Positions 29,507 to 37,904 of a stretch of DNA of 56,771 nucleotides are shown here, piece by piece. Numbering within the stretch: position 1 is the stretch's first letter; each line of letters begins with the position of its first letter. A model generated the notes under the pieces. The model was given only the letters and a program-made list of their open reading frames with translations. It searched no databases and was not told the DNA's origin. Where the stretch lies: positions 1 to 56,771 of the IMG/VR virus record IMGVR_UViG_3300012952_000002; one strand, written 5' to 3'. The translations under genes were made by a program, and so were the position numbers. This DNA is from a virus (taxonomy: Duplodnaviria; Caudoviricetes).

Positions 29507-31666
29507 TTAAGTAGGTAAGTTTTCAGGGGTACGTACATTAGGTATGTCAACCTGTGCTGGTTTTTTAGCAGCGGTCTGCATTGCAGTGGCAGCAATACGT
29601 GCTGCTGCATTGGTTGTTTGCTGATTAGTTCTGACTTGATTTGTTGCGGCAGAAAGTTCTCTTCTAAGATTCAGTTCTTCCTGCTTCATTTGAATTTTAG
29701 ACTGAAGCTCTGCCATCTTCATCTGAGGACTCACATCAGCTGTATCCTGAACCTTCGCCATATTAACTGCAGAATCTGTTTGTATCTTTCTAACTTCAGC
29801 TTCCAGTTTAGCAAGCTCAAGCTGCACACGCTCCATCTCCATCTGCTGCTGCATCTGCATAACTTCTGCTTGCTCTGGTGTAGGTGGCTCTTGGCCTGTA
29901 ATAGAACGAATGCGCTGAGCCAACTCATCTTTCTTAGCAAGATGTGAATACTGAATGATTGCATCATCAGGTATCGCCACACCAACCTGCCGTAAATTAA
30001 GGGCTTCAGCAAACTGCACTTCATCAAACGAATCACGAGCAGGAGCAGTCGATACAATCACATCGTACTCGCCTAGCGTCAGATCGTTTATAATCCTACC
30101 TTCAGGTGTTTCAACGTTAATCGCTACTTCTTCTCTTGGCTCCATTGGCATATCTTCATTTGTCACCATGATAATTCTTTCTTCTGTGTAGAAGGTCTGT
30201 AACAAATTAAGCACACGCTCTGCCAGATACTGACGAGTCTTTCGCAAGTTATCCAGCGGAACCTGAATCATTATGACCCCACGATTCTGCTTTGCCTGAA
30301 TCGCTACACCACTCACTTCAGCAGAATCTGATCCCAGCATAGAGTCGTTGATACCAGAGATCGTTTGTATATTAGCAGCAGCTTTCTGCCCGATCCGGTC
30401 TAGCCCTGTAGGTATTTGATTTGGTTGAATTTTTACCGGAGGACTAGAGCCACGGTTGTACTCCAGCACTAGCCCTGTCTCTGCGCCATGTTCTTCAAGG
30501 TCATCTGCTTGCATACCCACTAACGAGCCGCTTTCTACCATCCAACCACTGTTAGCAGTAGTGTTAACGATATGCAGTTCTTGGCTTGCAATCTTATTAA
30601 GTTGTTCTTGTGGTGACAAAAGATTACGCACCATGCCAAACGGACGGCCTCTGCGGAAATACGCAAAGAAAGGCACAATCGTAAAATCGTTGTAAGGCGA
30701 AAAGTCATCATGCAGTACTACTCTGTCAGCAGTCACTGTCCAACGCACCCTACGCTTAACTTTTGAAATAACGTTTAGTCCGTATTCTTTAGCAAATTTT
30801 TTTGTCTTTCTATCACCCCATGCTTCAGGTACGTCCCTTTGATCCCCTGTCATGGGATCAACAAAACATTCAACACGGTGCATCTTTTTGTACTGACGTT
30901 CTATGACTCTAACGGAGCGCACATTTCTGTAGTCATCTTCACTTGGCACGCCTGACCCAAAGTAGTCATCAGTCGGATCAAGATCACCGAATCGAGTTTC
31001 TTCGTACTCAATGCTGTCACGCCCGTAACTGTTGCCGTTCTCAGCAACGAAACGGATCTTCTCTGCTTTGTCTTTGCCGTATAACTCTTGTATCTCGTCA
31101 AGCGTCATCCAACGAGTTTCATAGATTTCGTTCCAAGTCTTAGGGTCAGAGTCTTTTGCATCAGGATCAATCAATATATCAAGAGGGTCTTTTGCAGTAA
31201 TGCGTATTTCACCCTCAACGTGATCACTAAAATCCATACGCACATCAAAGTACCCACGCCCGTCCATGATCAAGCCGTCACTGAATACCTGCTGCTCGAC
31301 CCAATCTAACTTGTTGTTATCAGCAATCTGCATAAACAATTTATTGAGTGTCATTGCGATGTCATTGTCACCATTACGTCTGGGCTTGAACTTAATGTCA
31401 GCCCTACGAGTGGCTTGCTCACCCAGAACAGTATTGATGGTAGGTAAAATAGTGTTGATCGTTAATGCAGGTCGGCCTTCTGCTTCAAGGTTTGCTAGGT
31501 CCTGTTCGTCCCATTGGTCCCCTCTATAGAAAGCATCGCATCGTTTTGCCATCTCAATATAATCAAGATGCCCATTGTCTCTTGCTCTGGTGTACCGACT
31601 CCACTGCGTTGTTGCAATCTCTTGCTCTTCTGCTGGAGAAACATTTCTACCTTTAATCTGCGCCAT
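29507..31666 (-). CDS. Portal protein, P22-like
   Basis: FY.G.QW...L...GRP.LT.N.I, G.VR.L..PQ...NK, SG.AI..KQ and G.YDV; C-terminal barrel coiled coil. Confidence 0.9.
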   Translation of the reverse strand: MAQIKGRNVSPAEEQEIATTQWSRYTRARDNGHLDYIEMAKRCDAFYRGDQWDEQDLANLEAEGRPALTINTILPTINTVLGEQATRRADIKFKPRRNGDNDIAMTLNKLFMQIADNNKLDWVEQQVFSDGLIMDGRGYFDVRMDFSDHVEGEIRITAKDPLDILIDPDAKDSDPKTWNEIYETRWMTLDEIQELYGKDKAEKIRFVAENGNSYGRDSIEYEETRFGDLDPTDDYFGSGVPSEDDYRNVRSVRVIERQYKKMHRVECFVDPMTGDQRDVPEAWGDRKTKKFAKEYGLNVISKVKRRVRWTVTADRVVLHDDFSPYNDFTIVPFFAYFRRGRPFGMVRNLLSPQEQLNKIASQELHIVNTTANSGWMVESGSLVGMQADDLEEHGAETGLVLEYNRGSSPPVKIQPNQIPTGLDRIGQKAAANIQTISGINDSMLGSDSAEVSGVAIQAKQNRGVIMIQVPLDNLRKTRQYLAERVLNLLQTFYTEERIIMVTNEDMPMEPREEVAINVETPEGRIINDLTLGEYDVIVSTAPARDSFDEVQFAEALNLRQVGVAIPDDAIIQYSHLAKKDELAQRIRSITGQEPPTPEQAEVMQMQQQMEMERVQLELAKLEAEVRKIQTDSAVNMAKVQDTADVSPQMKMAELQSKIQMKQEELNLRRELSAATNQVRTNQQTTNAAARIAATAMQTAAKKPAQVDIPNVRTPENLPT

Positions 31667-31668
31667 TG

Positions 31669-33306
31669 TTATGCACTCATCGATGACTTGGTTCGTTCAG
31701 GCTTCATCATGCTGTTTAACCTGTCGCGCCAACTGGGTGTATGAATTACAGGGGCTTGATAGCTAGAAAATTCAGTCATCATCAGACCTAGCCACGCTAA
31801 TGCGTCTACTTGGTCATCATGTATGCCGCTTGGGAAACGCAACAACTCTGCAACTAGCGGTCCTGTGAAGATCGCATCTTTGGGGAAGTACACCATTCCT
31901 TGTTGCATCCGTCCCTGTATTGCTCTTGCCCTAGCTTCTTTGTCTCTTCTACCTGTCTTCAAGTCCTTAATGTATATCTCGTATAATCCTCTCTCCCGTA
32001 TCCGCTTCTCCAAAAACGGACCTAATGCCATTTCAATGTGTCCTTTCTCAATGCCCACCATTGATGGTTTCCATTCTTCATAGAGATCAAGTATGCGCTC
32101 TACGATCTCGAAACCATCAAATCTACCACGTACTACATCAATCACAAAGAGTTCATCTCTGTCATTGACTCCTACGACCATGCCTACGGTATAGTCATTT
32201 CGATCACGTTTACCTATCGCCAAGTCCCAAGCACAGTAGTAGCGCATGGCTTCTGGGTCTATATCATCGTCATCGTAATACTGAATCATCTCGCGTGTAA
32301 AGTATTCTCCGTCATCTGATACCGGATTCTGCTGATACAGCGCAGACCAATCACGCGGTCCTACTGCACTACGGATCTGACTCAAAGCCGCTAAACTGTA
32401 TCTTTCTGGGTGGAGGGCATCTCCATGATCTCGATATTCTTCTTTCTCTTCTGCGATGGCAGGGTAGCGTACAACTTCCCAAACGTCACCGCCCTCATCA
32501 GACGCTTTAAGCAATCGCCCAGCCAAGTCATCGTCATGCCAACGAGTAAGTATGACCAGAATGCCCCCACCAGGAGCCAATCGGGTATAGGCTGTGGAAG
32601 TGTACCAATCCCAATTAGCCGATCTATTATTCTCCGACTCACTGTCCTCGCGGTTCTTAATAGGATCGTCAATAACAAGAACGTGCGCTCCTTTACCTGT
32701 GATACCACCGCCAACACCTGCCGCCACATAGCCGCCACCGCCTGTAGTCAGCCACGCTTCAGCCGACTGCGAATCTGGGTCAAGGCGTGTTTGAAACGCT
32801 GTTTTGTAAGTTGGCTCACGCAATAGTTGACGAACTTTACGACTGAATCCCATAGCCAACGAGCCTGAGTACGAACAAGAGATAAATTCGTGTTCAGGAT
32901 TCCTGCCCAAGTGCCAAGCTGGGAAGGAGACAGATGCAAGCGTACTTTTGCCATGACGAGGCGGCATAAAGAGCATAAGCCTTGGAGACTTTTTTGCCAC
33001 CACATCACGGCTGAATTGTTCCAAGCGTCTGCAAATATCTTTATGAACCCACCCTGCTTGGTAATCTGCGTTAAACCGTTCAACAAACGGGAGTAACCTC
33101 TTGCGAGTAAGGATTCGGAGGGCGAGTTCTTTTCGTGCTTTGTCTTCAACGCTTAACTCCTCTGTTGTTTCTTGTGCCTGAATGGGTGCTGGTGCAGGAA
33201 GAGACTCTGTTCGATCCGCTTTACAGTAGACGCAAACGCCATCTGTTCCACTAAACAAAGTCTCTACGTGAAAATTGGTGCAAACGCTGCACTGTTTTTT
33301 ATTCAC
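31669..33306 (-). CDS. terL: Terminase large subunit
   Basis: Walker A MPPRHGKS, Walker B LVIDDP, TRWH.DDL, nuclease AWDLA and FP.G.HDDQVDA; N-terminal CxxC...CxxC. Confidence 0.95.
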   Translation of the reverse strand: MNKKQCSVCTNFHVETLFSGTDGVCVYCKADRTESLPAPAPIQAQETTEELSVEDKARKELALRILTRKRLLPFVERFNADYQAGWVHKDICRRLEQFSRDVVAKKSPRLMLFMPPRHGKSTLASVSFPAWHLGRNPEHEFISCSYSGSLAMGFSRKVRQLLREPTYKTAFQTRLDPDSQSAEAWLTTGGGGYVAAGVGGGITGKGAHVLVIDDPIKNREDSESENNRSANWDWYTSTAYTRLAPGGGILVILTRWHDDDLAGRLLKASDEGGDVWEVVRYPAIAEEKEEYRDHGDALHPERYSLAALSQIRSAVGPRDWSALYQQNPVSDDGEYFTREMIQYYDDDDIDPEAMRYYCAWDLAIGKRDRNDYTVGMVVGVNDRDELFVIDVVRGRFDGFEIVERILDLYEEWKPSMVGIEKGHIEMALGPFLEKRIRERGLYEIYIKDLKTGRRDKEARARAIQGRMQQGMVYFPKDAIFTGPLVAELLRFPSGIHDDQVDALAWLGLMMTEFSSYQAPVIHTPSWRDRLNSMMKPERTKSSMSA

Positions 33307-33812
33307 TTAGGCTCCAGATAGGCAGTTTCTCTCCCTGCAATCTCCAGTAGTTCCTCGTCAGTCAATCGCTCCAACTGCTTAGCAGTCGTATTGATGCTTA
33401 TGTTCACCTGCGTAGCGTTATCTGGCTCTCCTAGCCCGTGCAACTTGACCAAAGAATCTACTGTGTTCTTCATCTCTGTTGCATTTGCTGCTGCGGTGTA
33501 TGCTTCCATATACATCTGGTGTGCGTTGTTGCGATTGAATCTGACTTCTTCTCGCATCTGTTCCCGAAAATACTCTAGTGCTTTAGCTACTTTCGGTAAC
33601 TTTGATGCGTTAAGTGCAGCGGTGTATGTGCCATACCCTGCTGAGCGACCTGCTGCAGCCACTGTCATGCCGCTACTAATCATTAGTACCAGCCGTTCCT
33701 GCTGCACAGTCAACTCGCCAAGCTGTAGGCCCATGTAAGGAACATGAGATTCAAACTCAGCATGGGGCATTTCTACCATATCAGTAGTTAAAGGGTTTCC
33801 CACTTCACTCAT
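33303..33812 (-). CDS. terS: Terminase small subunit (putative)
   Basis: LT.QQE.L...G.T..AA...AGY HTH-like N-terminus, L.KLHGL; overlaps terL start. Confidence 0.65.
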   Translation of the reverse strand: MSEVGNPLTTDMVEMPHAEFESHVPYMGLQLGELTVQQERLVLMISSGMTVAAAGRSAGYGTYTAALNASKLPKVAKALEYFREQMREEVRFNRNNAHQMYMEAYTAAANATEMKNTVDSLVKLHGLGEPDNATQVNISINTTAKQLERLTDEELLEIAGRETAYLEPK

Positions 33813-34013
33813 CAGGGCATCTTATACACAAGAACCTTGTATGCACAAGGGGCTAGGAAAAATTTTGCAGAAAAAAAATTTGAAAAATTAATCTATATCG
33901 CTGAGACATTATCTCCTCTTTCGCACAGTTCGACACCGTAACACCGGAACCCCGACCACTGAACCTTGTTTTGCACTTGCTTCTCGGAACCTTGTCCATC
34001 AGTAACCCCTTCA

Positions 34014-34055
34014 CTTCACCTAAAACCAAAACAATCGGTGAAGCTCAAGTCAAAT
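34014..34055 (+). repeat. Type-1 early element A (stem, 16-nt loop, stem, CTCAAGTCAAAT)
   Basis: CTTCACC-TAAAACCAAAACAATC-GGTGAAG-CTCAAGTCAAAT. Confidence 0.85.
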
Positions 34056-34089
34056 TGATTTGTAATTCAACTAAATCAAGGACATACCA

Positions 34090-34476
34090 ATGGTCATAGC
34101 AACTATCATCCACGGAAACAACAAGATCGCCACCATCAACATACCTTCAACCATCATAGGCATCAACGATCAACTAGAATTTGCCTTCTCCACAGCACAG
34201 AACCATGACGGCAACATGGGCTGGGACAATGACCCTCTCGTTACAATGCTACCTAACAACAAAGCACCAAGATCCACAATGGACGGGGACCACATAATCA
34301 TCAGCTACCCCACTACTATCACCACTACCACCTTCAAAATACTGCCCATCGGCTTCGAGATTGTATACCCAAGCGTCACTGAGCAGATCACCAACCGCCT
34401 CAAGCCTCACGCGGTCAGCTTGCTCCAACGTGTGTCAAGTGTGTGTCAGGACTGTGTGTCACGTTTACAATCGTAA
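34090..34476 (+). CDS. Early hypothetical protein
   Basis: 128 aa, AAGGA RBS; 3' end runs into the GTGTGTC repeats. Confidence 0.6.
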   Translation: MVIATIIHGNNKIATINIPSTIIGINDQLEFAFSTAQNHDGNMGWDNDPLVTMLPNNKAPRSTMDGDHIIISYPTTITTTTFKILPIGFEIVYPSVTEQITNRLKPHAVSLLQRVSSVCQDCVSRLQS

Positions 34477-34712
34477 CACACTGAATCAATTGAACTTTAT
34501 CCAATGTGTGTCGTGTGTGTCAGCTTTTTCAACTTTCACATACTTCACACACCCTATAAACATAAGATTTATAGCCATATTTACAACAATTTCTAAAAAA
34601 CTAAAAACCAAAGAAAAACTAGACACACTTGGCACACAGTTGATTTTACTGGCTAAAACTCGACACACATAGGGCACACATCTAAACACACACCCCAAAA
34701 CCAAACACACAC
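34430..34712. repeat. Inverted iteron array flanking an AT-rich spacer (origin candidate)
   Basis: Five GTGTGTC (34430-34521), AT-rich 34555-34620, six RRCACAC (34622-34712). Confidence 0.6.
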
Positions 34713-34756
34713 CTTGAGCCTAAAACCAAAACCATCGGCTCAAGCTCAAGTCAAAT
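34713..34756 (+). repeat. Type-1 early element B
   Basis: CTTGAGCC-TAAAACCAAAACCATC-GGCTCAAG-CTCAAGTCAAAT. Confidence 0.85.
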
Positions 34757-34788
34757 TATCAACTAAATCACTTGGCAGGAGGCCAAAC

Positions 34789-34959
34789 ATGACACACACA
34801 TTAAACTTATACGACACACTTCACTACCACCTAGAATACGAAGCATGGATAGATAACGACATCTCCATCTTCTCTGACGAGATACTCAACAGAATCCTTC
34901 AGGACTTCTGGTATCTATTCCTCACCAGCCACTCAACCTCAACCGAACCACCCTTCTAA
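34789..34959 (+). CDS. Early hypothetical protein (56 aa)
   Basis: AGGAGG RBS before MTHTLNLYD; the track start at 34714 lies inside the repeat. Confidence 0.65.
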   Translation: MTHTLNLYDTLHYHLEYEAWIDNDISIFSDEILNRILQDFWYLFLTSHSTSTEPPF

Positions 34960-34967
34960 CACAACCA

Positions 34968-35007
34968 AGCCTACTCAGACTCGTCTGGGTGGGCTAACCC
35001 TCGTGAC
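34968..35007 (+). repeat. Type-2 early hairpin, copy 1
   Basis: AGCCTACTCAGA-CTCG-TCTGGGTGGGCT then AACCCTCGTGA. Confidence 0.9.
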
Positions 35008-35027
35008 CTTACAACTAGGAAACTCAC

Positions 35028-35159
35028 ATGACCAACGCTTACATATACATCTTACGCATACTACGCATCAGAACTTACCCAGTAACCAAGCACAACCCAC
35101 TCTTTGTATGCGGTGTGCTGGTACGAGACTCAGACATCGACAACCTTTACAACTCATAA
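35028..35159 (+). CDS. Early hypothetical protein (43 aa)
   Basis: Hand-translated MTNAYIYILRILRIRTYP...NLYNS; AGGA RBS. Confidence 0.55.
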   Translation: MTNAYIYILRILRIRTYPVTKHNPLFVCGVLVRDSDIDNLYNS

Positions 35160-35174
35160 CCAACAGGAACTCAC

Positions 35175-35318
35175 ATGACCAAAGAACAAATGGACCGAAC
35201 TCTAGCGAAACACAAAGCAAAAAGAGAACAAGCAGAAATCTCTCGCATGGACGCAGAACTATCAGCATCCAACTTCATAATCATCTTACTTACCGTAGCT
35301 ATCGTCATACTATGGTAA
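35175..35318 (+). CDS. Early small membrane protein (47 aa)
   Basis: Hand-translated MTKEQMDR...FIIILLTVAIVILW; CAGGA RBS. Confidence 0.6.
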   Translation: MTKEQMDRTLAKHKAKREQAEISRMDAELSASNFIIILLTVAIVILW

Positions 35319-35326
35319 CAAAGCTA

Positions 35327-35365
35327 AGCCTACTCAGATTTATCTGGGTGGGCTTCTCCCCGTGA
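35327..35365 (+). repeat. Type-2 early hairpin, copy 2
   Basis: AGCCTACTCAGA-TTTA-TCTGGGTGGGCT then TCTCCCCGTGA. Confidence 0.9.
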
Positions 35366-35388
35366 ACTCATAACTAACAGGAACCAAC

Positions 35389-35643
35389 ATGAACGAAGAA
35401 ACAATCGAAACAAAACCATCACTACTAGACCAAGCCAAACTAGCTGGACTCAAAGCAATATCTTTCACAGCTAAACTAGGCACACAAACCTTAACCTACG
35501 CAAAGAATCACCCAGACGAAGTGCTACTCGCTATCACAGCAGTATGCCTCTGGGACATGGATCAAGCACTAGAATCAATCGATGAAAACACAGAGCTATC
35601 AGCCGCAGTTGACATCACCGAGTACCACGAAGCTAGATCCTAA
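35389..35643 (+). CDS. Early hypothetical protein
   Basis: 84 aa, CAGGA RBS. Confidence 0.7.
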   Translation: MNEETIETKPSLLDQAKLAGLKAISFTAKLGTQTLTYAKNHPDEVLLAITAVCLWDMDQALESIDENTELSAAVDITEYHEARS

Positions 35644-35653
35644 AACCCAAACC

Positions 35654-35699
35654 AGCTTGGGGCTAACACCAAAACCATCGCCCCAAGCTACAGTCAAAT
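35654..35699 (+). repeat. Type-1 early element C
   Basis: AGCTTGGGGC-TAACACCAAAACCATC-GCCCCAAGCT-ACAGTCAAAT. Confidence 0.85.
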
Positions 35700-35733
35700 C
35701 TATCTGTAAATTTTCTAACGGAGTGCTATACCT

Positions 35734-36090
35734 ATGCTACAACAAGAACTTCTCAGCAACATCAAACAATACGACAAAAAGACCTCACGCTTTGAACAAT
35801 TCCACCAAGAGTTCAAAGACAAGTGCGACAGCTTAGCCGAAGCTGGAGACTACGGCAAACTTGCCAAGCTCGCCTATGGCAAAGGCCGTAAAGCTGCGGA
35901 CTTCGCTGCTAAAGCGGCACGAGAAACAGATGACGATCAACAGTCATACCTTCTCAAAGTGCAGAGATACTGCCTCGAAGAAGAAGCCTACGCAAACGAA
36001 TGCTTTGCAAGAGGCACTGAGGAACAAGTATTCTCAGCACTAGAGAAAGAGACAGGCACTGAACTCTTAGTCTGCTCACTCGCCCCTTAA
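35734..36090 (+). CDS. Early hypothetical protein
   Basis: 118 aa helical, GGAG upstream. Confidence 0.7.
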   Translation: MLQQELLSNIKQYDKKTSRFEQFHQEFKDKCDSLAEAGDYGKLAKLAYGKGRKAADFAAKAARETDDDQQSYLLKVQRYCLEEEAYANECFARGTEEQVFSALEKETGTELLVCSLAP

Positions 36091-36097
36091 CCAATCA

Positions 36098-36136
36098 AGC
36101 CTACTCAGATTCGTCTGGGTGGGCTTGTCCTCGTGA
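36098..36136 (+). repeat. Type-2 early hairpin, copy 3
   Basis: AGCCTACTCAGA-TTCG-TCTGGGTGGGCT then TGTCCTCGTGA. Confidence 0.9.
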
Positions 36137-36157
36137 ATCCACAACTAGGCAACACCA

Positions 36158-36358
36158 ATGAGAAAATATAAAGCACACAAAGAAGGACTAAAAGCTCTCG
36201 GACTAGCTAATGAAAAATTTGATGAAGAACTAAAGTACCCAATAAGCTCAGCATTAGCTATTAGCGAGATACAAAAGATACAAACCATACTATTCTGGGC
36301 TTTATTCTTAGGCACAGAACAACACCACACAATACGCAAACACAGCAACTGGATCTAG
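36158..36358 (+). CDS. Early hypothetical protein
   Basis: 66 aa after type-2 copy 3. Confidence 0.55.
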   Translation: MRKYKAHKEGLKALGLANEKFDEELKYPISSALAISEIQKIQTILFWALFLGTEQHHTIRKHSNWI

Positions 36359-36367
36359 GAGGATCTT

Positions 36368-36568
36368 ATGGAAATTAAATTCTTACTACACACCATCGCA
36401 ATGCTGATCTTCCTCAGTGTTGCATGGTTCCTAACCACAACTTTAATACCACAACCTTCACCTCAAGAACTCTTATGGATCTCCATAGGAATCATCACAT
36501 TATGGGGAGGCGCAATGGTATATGAAGCCGACCAAGAATATTCAAATAGACATAGGAGGTCTAAGTGA
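36368..36568 (+). CDS. Small two-TM membrane protein
   Basis: AGGAGG RBS, two hydrophobic segments. Confidence 0.7.
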   Translation: MEIKFLLHTIAMLIFLSVAWFLTTTLIPQPSPQELLWISIGIITLWGGAMVYEADQEYSNRHRRSK

Positions 36569-36807
36569 GCCATCAACCAGAATTCACAGACGAAAAAATA
36601 CTAGCAATAGAGTATGCCACCCTATGCCGAAGGCTCGATGACCAAATAAAAACAGAAAAAGGCTACCAACAAGCTATTGATGAGATGGTAGCCATTATGA
36701 CTAGTCGACTTCAAGTGATGAAAGCAAGCGGTAGTATGGCAACCAAACACAGACTTGAAGAAATTGAAAACGGAGATATGTCATTCTTAAATAGGGGGGT
36801 GAGATAA
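36565..36807 (+). CDS. Hypothetical protein
   Basis: AGGAGG RBS, GTGA overlap. Confidence 0.7.
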   Translation: MSHQPEFTDEKILAIEYATLCRRLDDQIKTEKGYQQAIDEMVAIMTSRLQVMKASGSMATKHRLEEIENGDMSFLNRGVR

Positions 36808-36808
36808 A

Positions 36809-36949
36809 ATGAATGACACTTGCCCACACTGTAACTCAGAACTACTTGGTGATGGTTACACAGACTCTATCCACTGTGAGTTCGTAGAGAACGTGCCACT
36901 AGGCACAGAACCTGACGCTGAACCTATCTATTGCAACGTCATACCTTAA
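36809..36949 (+). CDS. Small Cys-rich (zinc-finger-like) protein (46 aa)
   Basis: Hand-translated MNDTCPHCNSELLGDGY...IHCE...PIYCNVIP. Confidence 0.65.
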   Translation: MNDTCPHCNSELLGDGYTDSIHCEFVENVPLGTEPDAEPIYCNVIP

Positions 36950-36955
36950 ACCCAC

Positions 36956-37004
36956 CGAGGCTCGGCCCTAAAACAAAAAGAGTCGGGCCTCGCTCAAGTC
37001 AAAT
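36956..37004 (+). repeat. Type-1 early element D
   Basis: CGAGGCTCGGCCC-TAAAACAAAAAGAGTC-GGGCCTCG-CTCAAGTCAAAT. Confidence 0.8.
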
Positions 37005-37045
37005 CTAATCGTACATTCATTGAGCTTTAAGGAGTAAAGCCAAGC

Positions 37046-37204
37046 ATGTTAGCAGAACTAAATCTTCACATAGAAAACTGGGACTTATTGGATAGCGATA
37101 CGCAAGACAGTCCCATTCACACTAATGAACGCATCAACCAAGCAATCATTAGAGAAGATACACTTACCGAATACGAATCTACCCATGTCTTAGGAGGACA
37201 ATAA
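37046..37204 (+). CDS. Small acidic protein (52 aa)
   Basis: Hand-translated MLAELNLHIENWDLLDSD...VLGGQ; TAAGGAG upstream. Confidence 0.55.
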   Translation: MLAELNLHIENWDLLDSDTQDSPIHTNERINQAIIREDTLTEYESTHVLGGQ

Positions 37205-37206
37205 CT

Positions 37207-37860
37207 ATGAGCGACACTTTCATAACCAATGCACTTGACCAAATGACCAGTAGAACAAACTTTATTGGGCATATGGCATCTGACATTTACTGCACCGACA
37301 CTGATGGCGAACCAAGAGTAGCGCATCAAATAACAGCTTACTACGCTAAACTACAGAACGCACGTAGCTCTGCCGCAGTAACTAACTCAAGCTACTCAGG
37401 TTCAAAGCCAGAAACACTCTTCACTTTTCTACCAGAGCTTATGACTAAAGTATGCTGGAACGCCAGACGACAAATCATTTCTCAGAAGATGGCAGAAGAG
37501 AACGACTTAGAGAACGGCCAAGACTACAGCCAAGACACTGCAAAAGAAACTGGCGTGTACGTCTCAACAAACCGTATCCCTGAGATTGTGAACGATGACT
37601 ACCAGACACTACAAACTGTGTACGGTATTCTTCTTGACGAAATGGACTACTTTGTAGAAATGGTAGACGATGCATTACCTTTATACATAGAGAAAGAGCC
37701 GGACACAGACGGCAACTGGCAAGTAGTCTACTCAACAGGCAACTGGGACGATGCACTTGAACGCATGAACGAGAAGGCCGACGCACTCAGAGACAAGGCC
37801 AACGAAATCAGTTCATCACAACTATCATCGAAGCTTAACAACCTACTCAAAGCTTCCTAA
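37207..37860 (+). CDS. Early hypothetical acidic protein
   Basis: 217 aa, AGGAGG RBS. Confidence 0.8.
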   Translation: MSDTFITNALDQMTSRTNFIGHMASDIYCTDTDGEPRVAHQITAYYAKLQNARSSAAVTNSSYSGSKPETLFTFLPELMTKVCWNARRQIISQKMAEENDLENGQDYSQDTAKETGVYVSTNRIPEIVNDDYQTLQTVYGILLDEMDYFVEMVDDALPLYIEKEPDTDGNWQVVYSTGNWDDALERMNEKADALRDKANEISSSQLSSKLNNLLKAS

Positions 37861-37869
37861 CCACAACCA

Positions 37870-37904
37870 AGCCTACTCAGATCCGTCTGGGTGGGCTTTT
37901 TTTA
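37870..37904 (+). terminator. Intrinsic terminator formed by type-2 hairpin copy 4
   Basis: AGCCTACTCAGA-TCCG-TCTGGGTGGGC followed by a T tract. Confidence 0.9.

Noticed and set aside
35003-35365. 120-aa ORF from the track
   Set aside because: Starts and ends inside repeats with no RBS; two shorter ORFs with RBSs explain the interval
34044-37004. TTGACT on the minus strand of type-1 elements as a sigma70 -35 box
   Set aside because: No -10 hexamer at 16-18 nt in the copies checked, and it would point against the genes
34953-37900. Type-2 repeats as integron attC sites or CRISPR repeats
   Set aside because: TAAC precedes each hairpin, but there is no matching GTTRRRY and no integrase; spacing is irregular and gene-sized, with no cas operon
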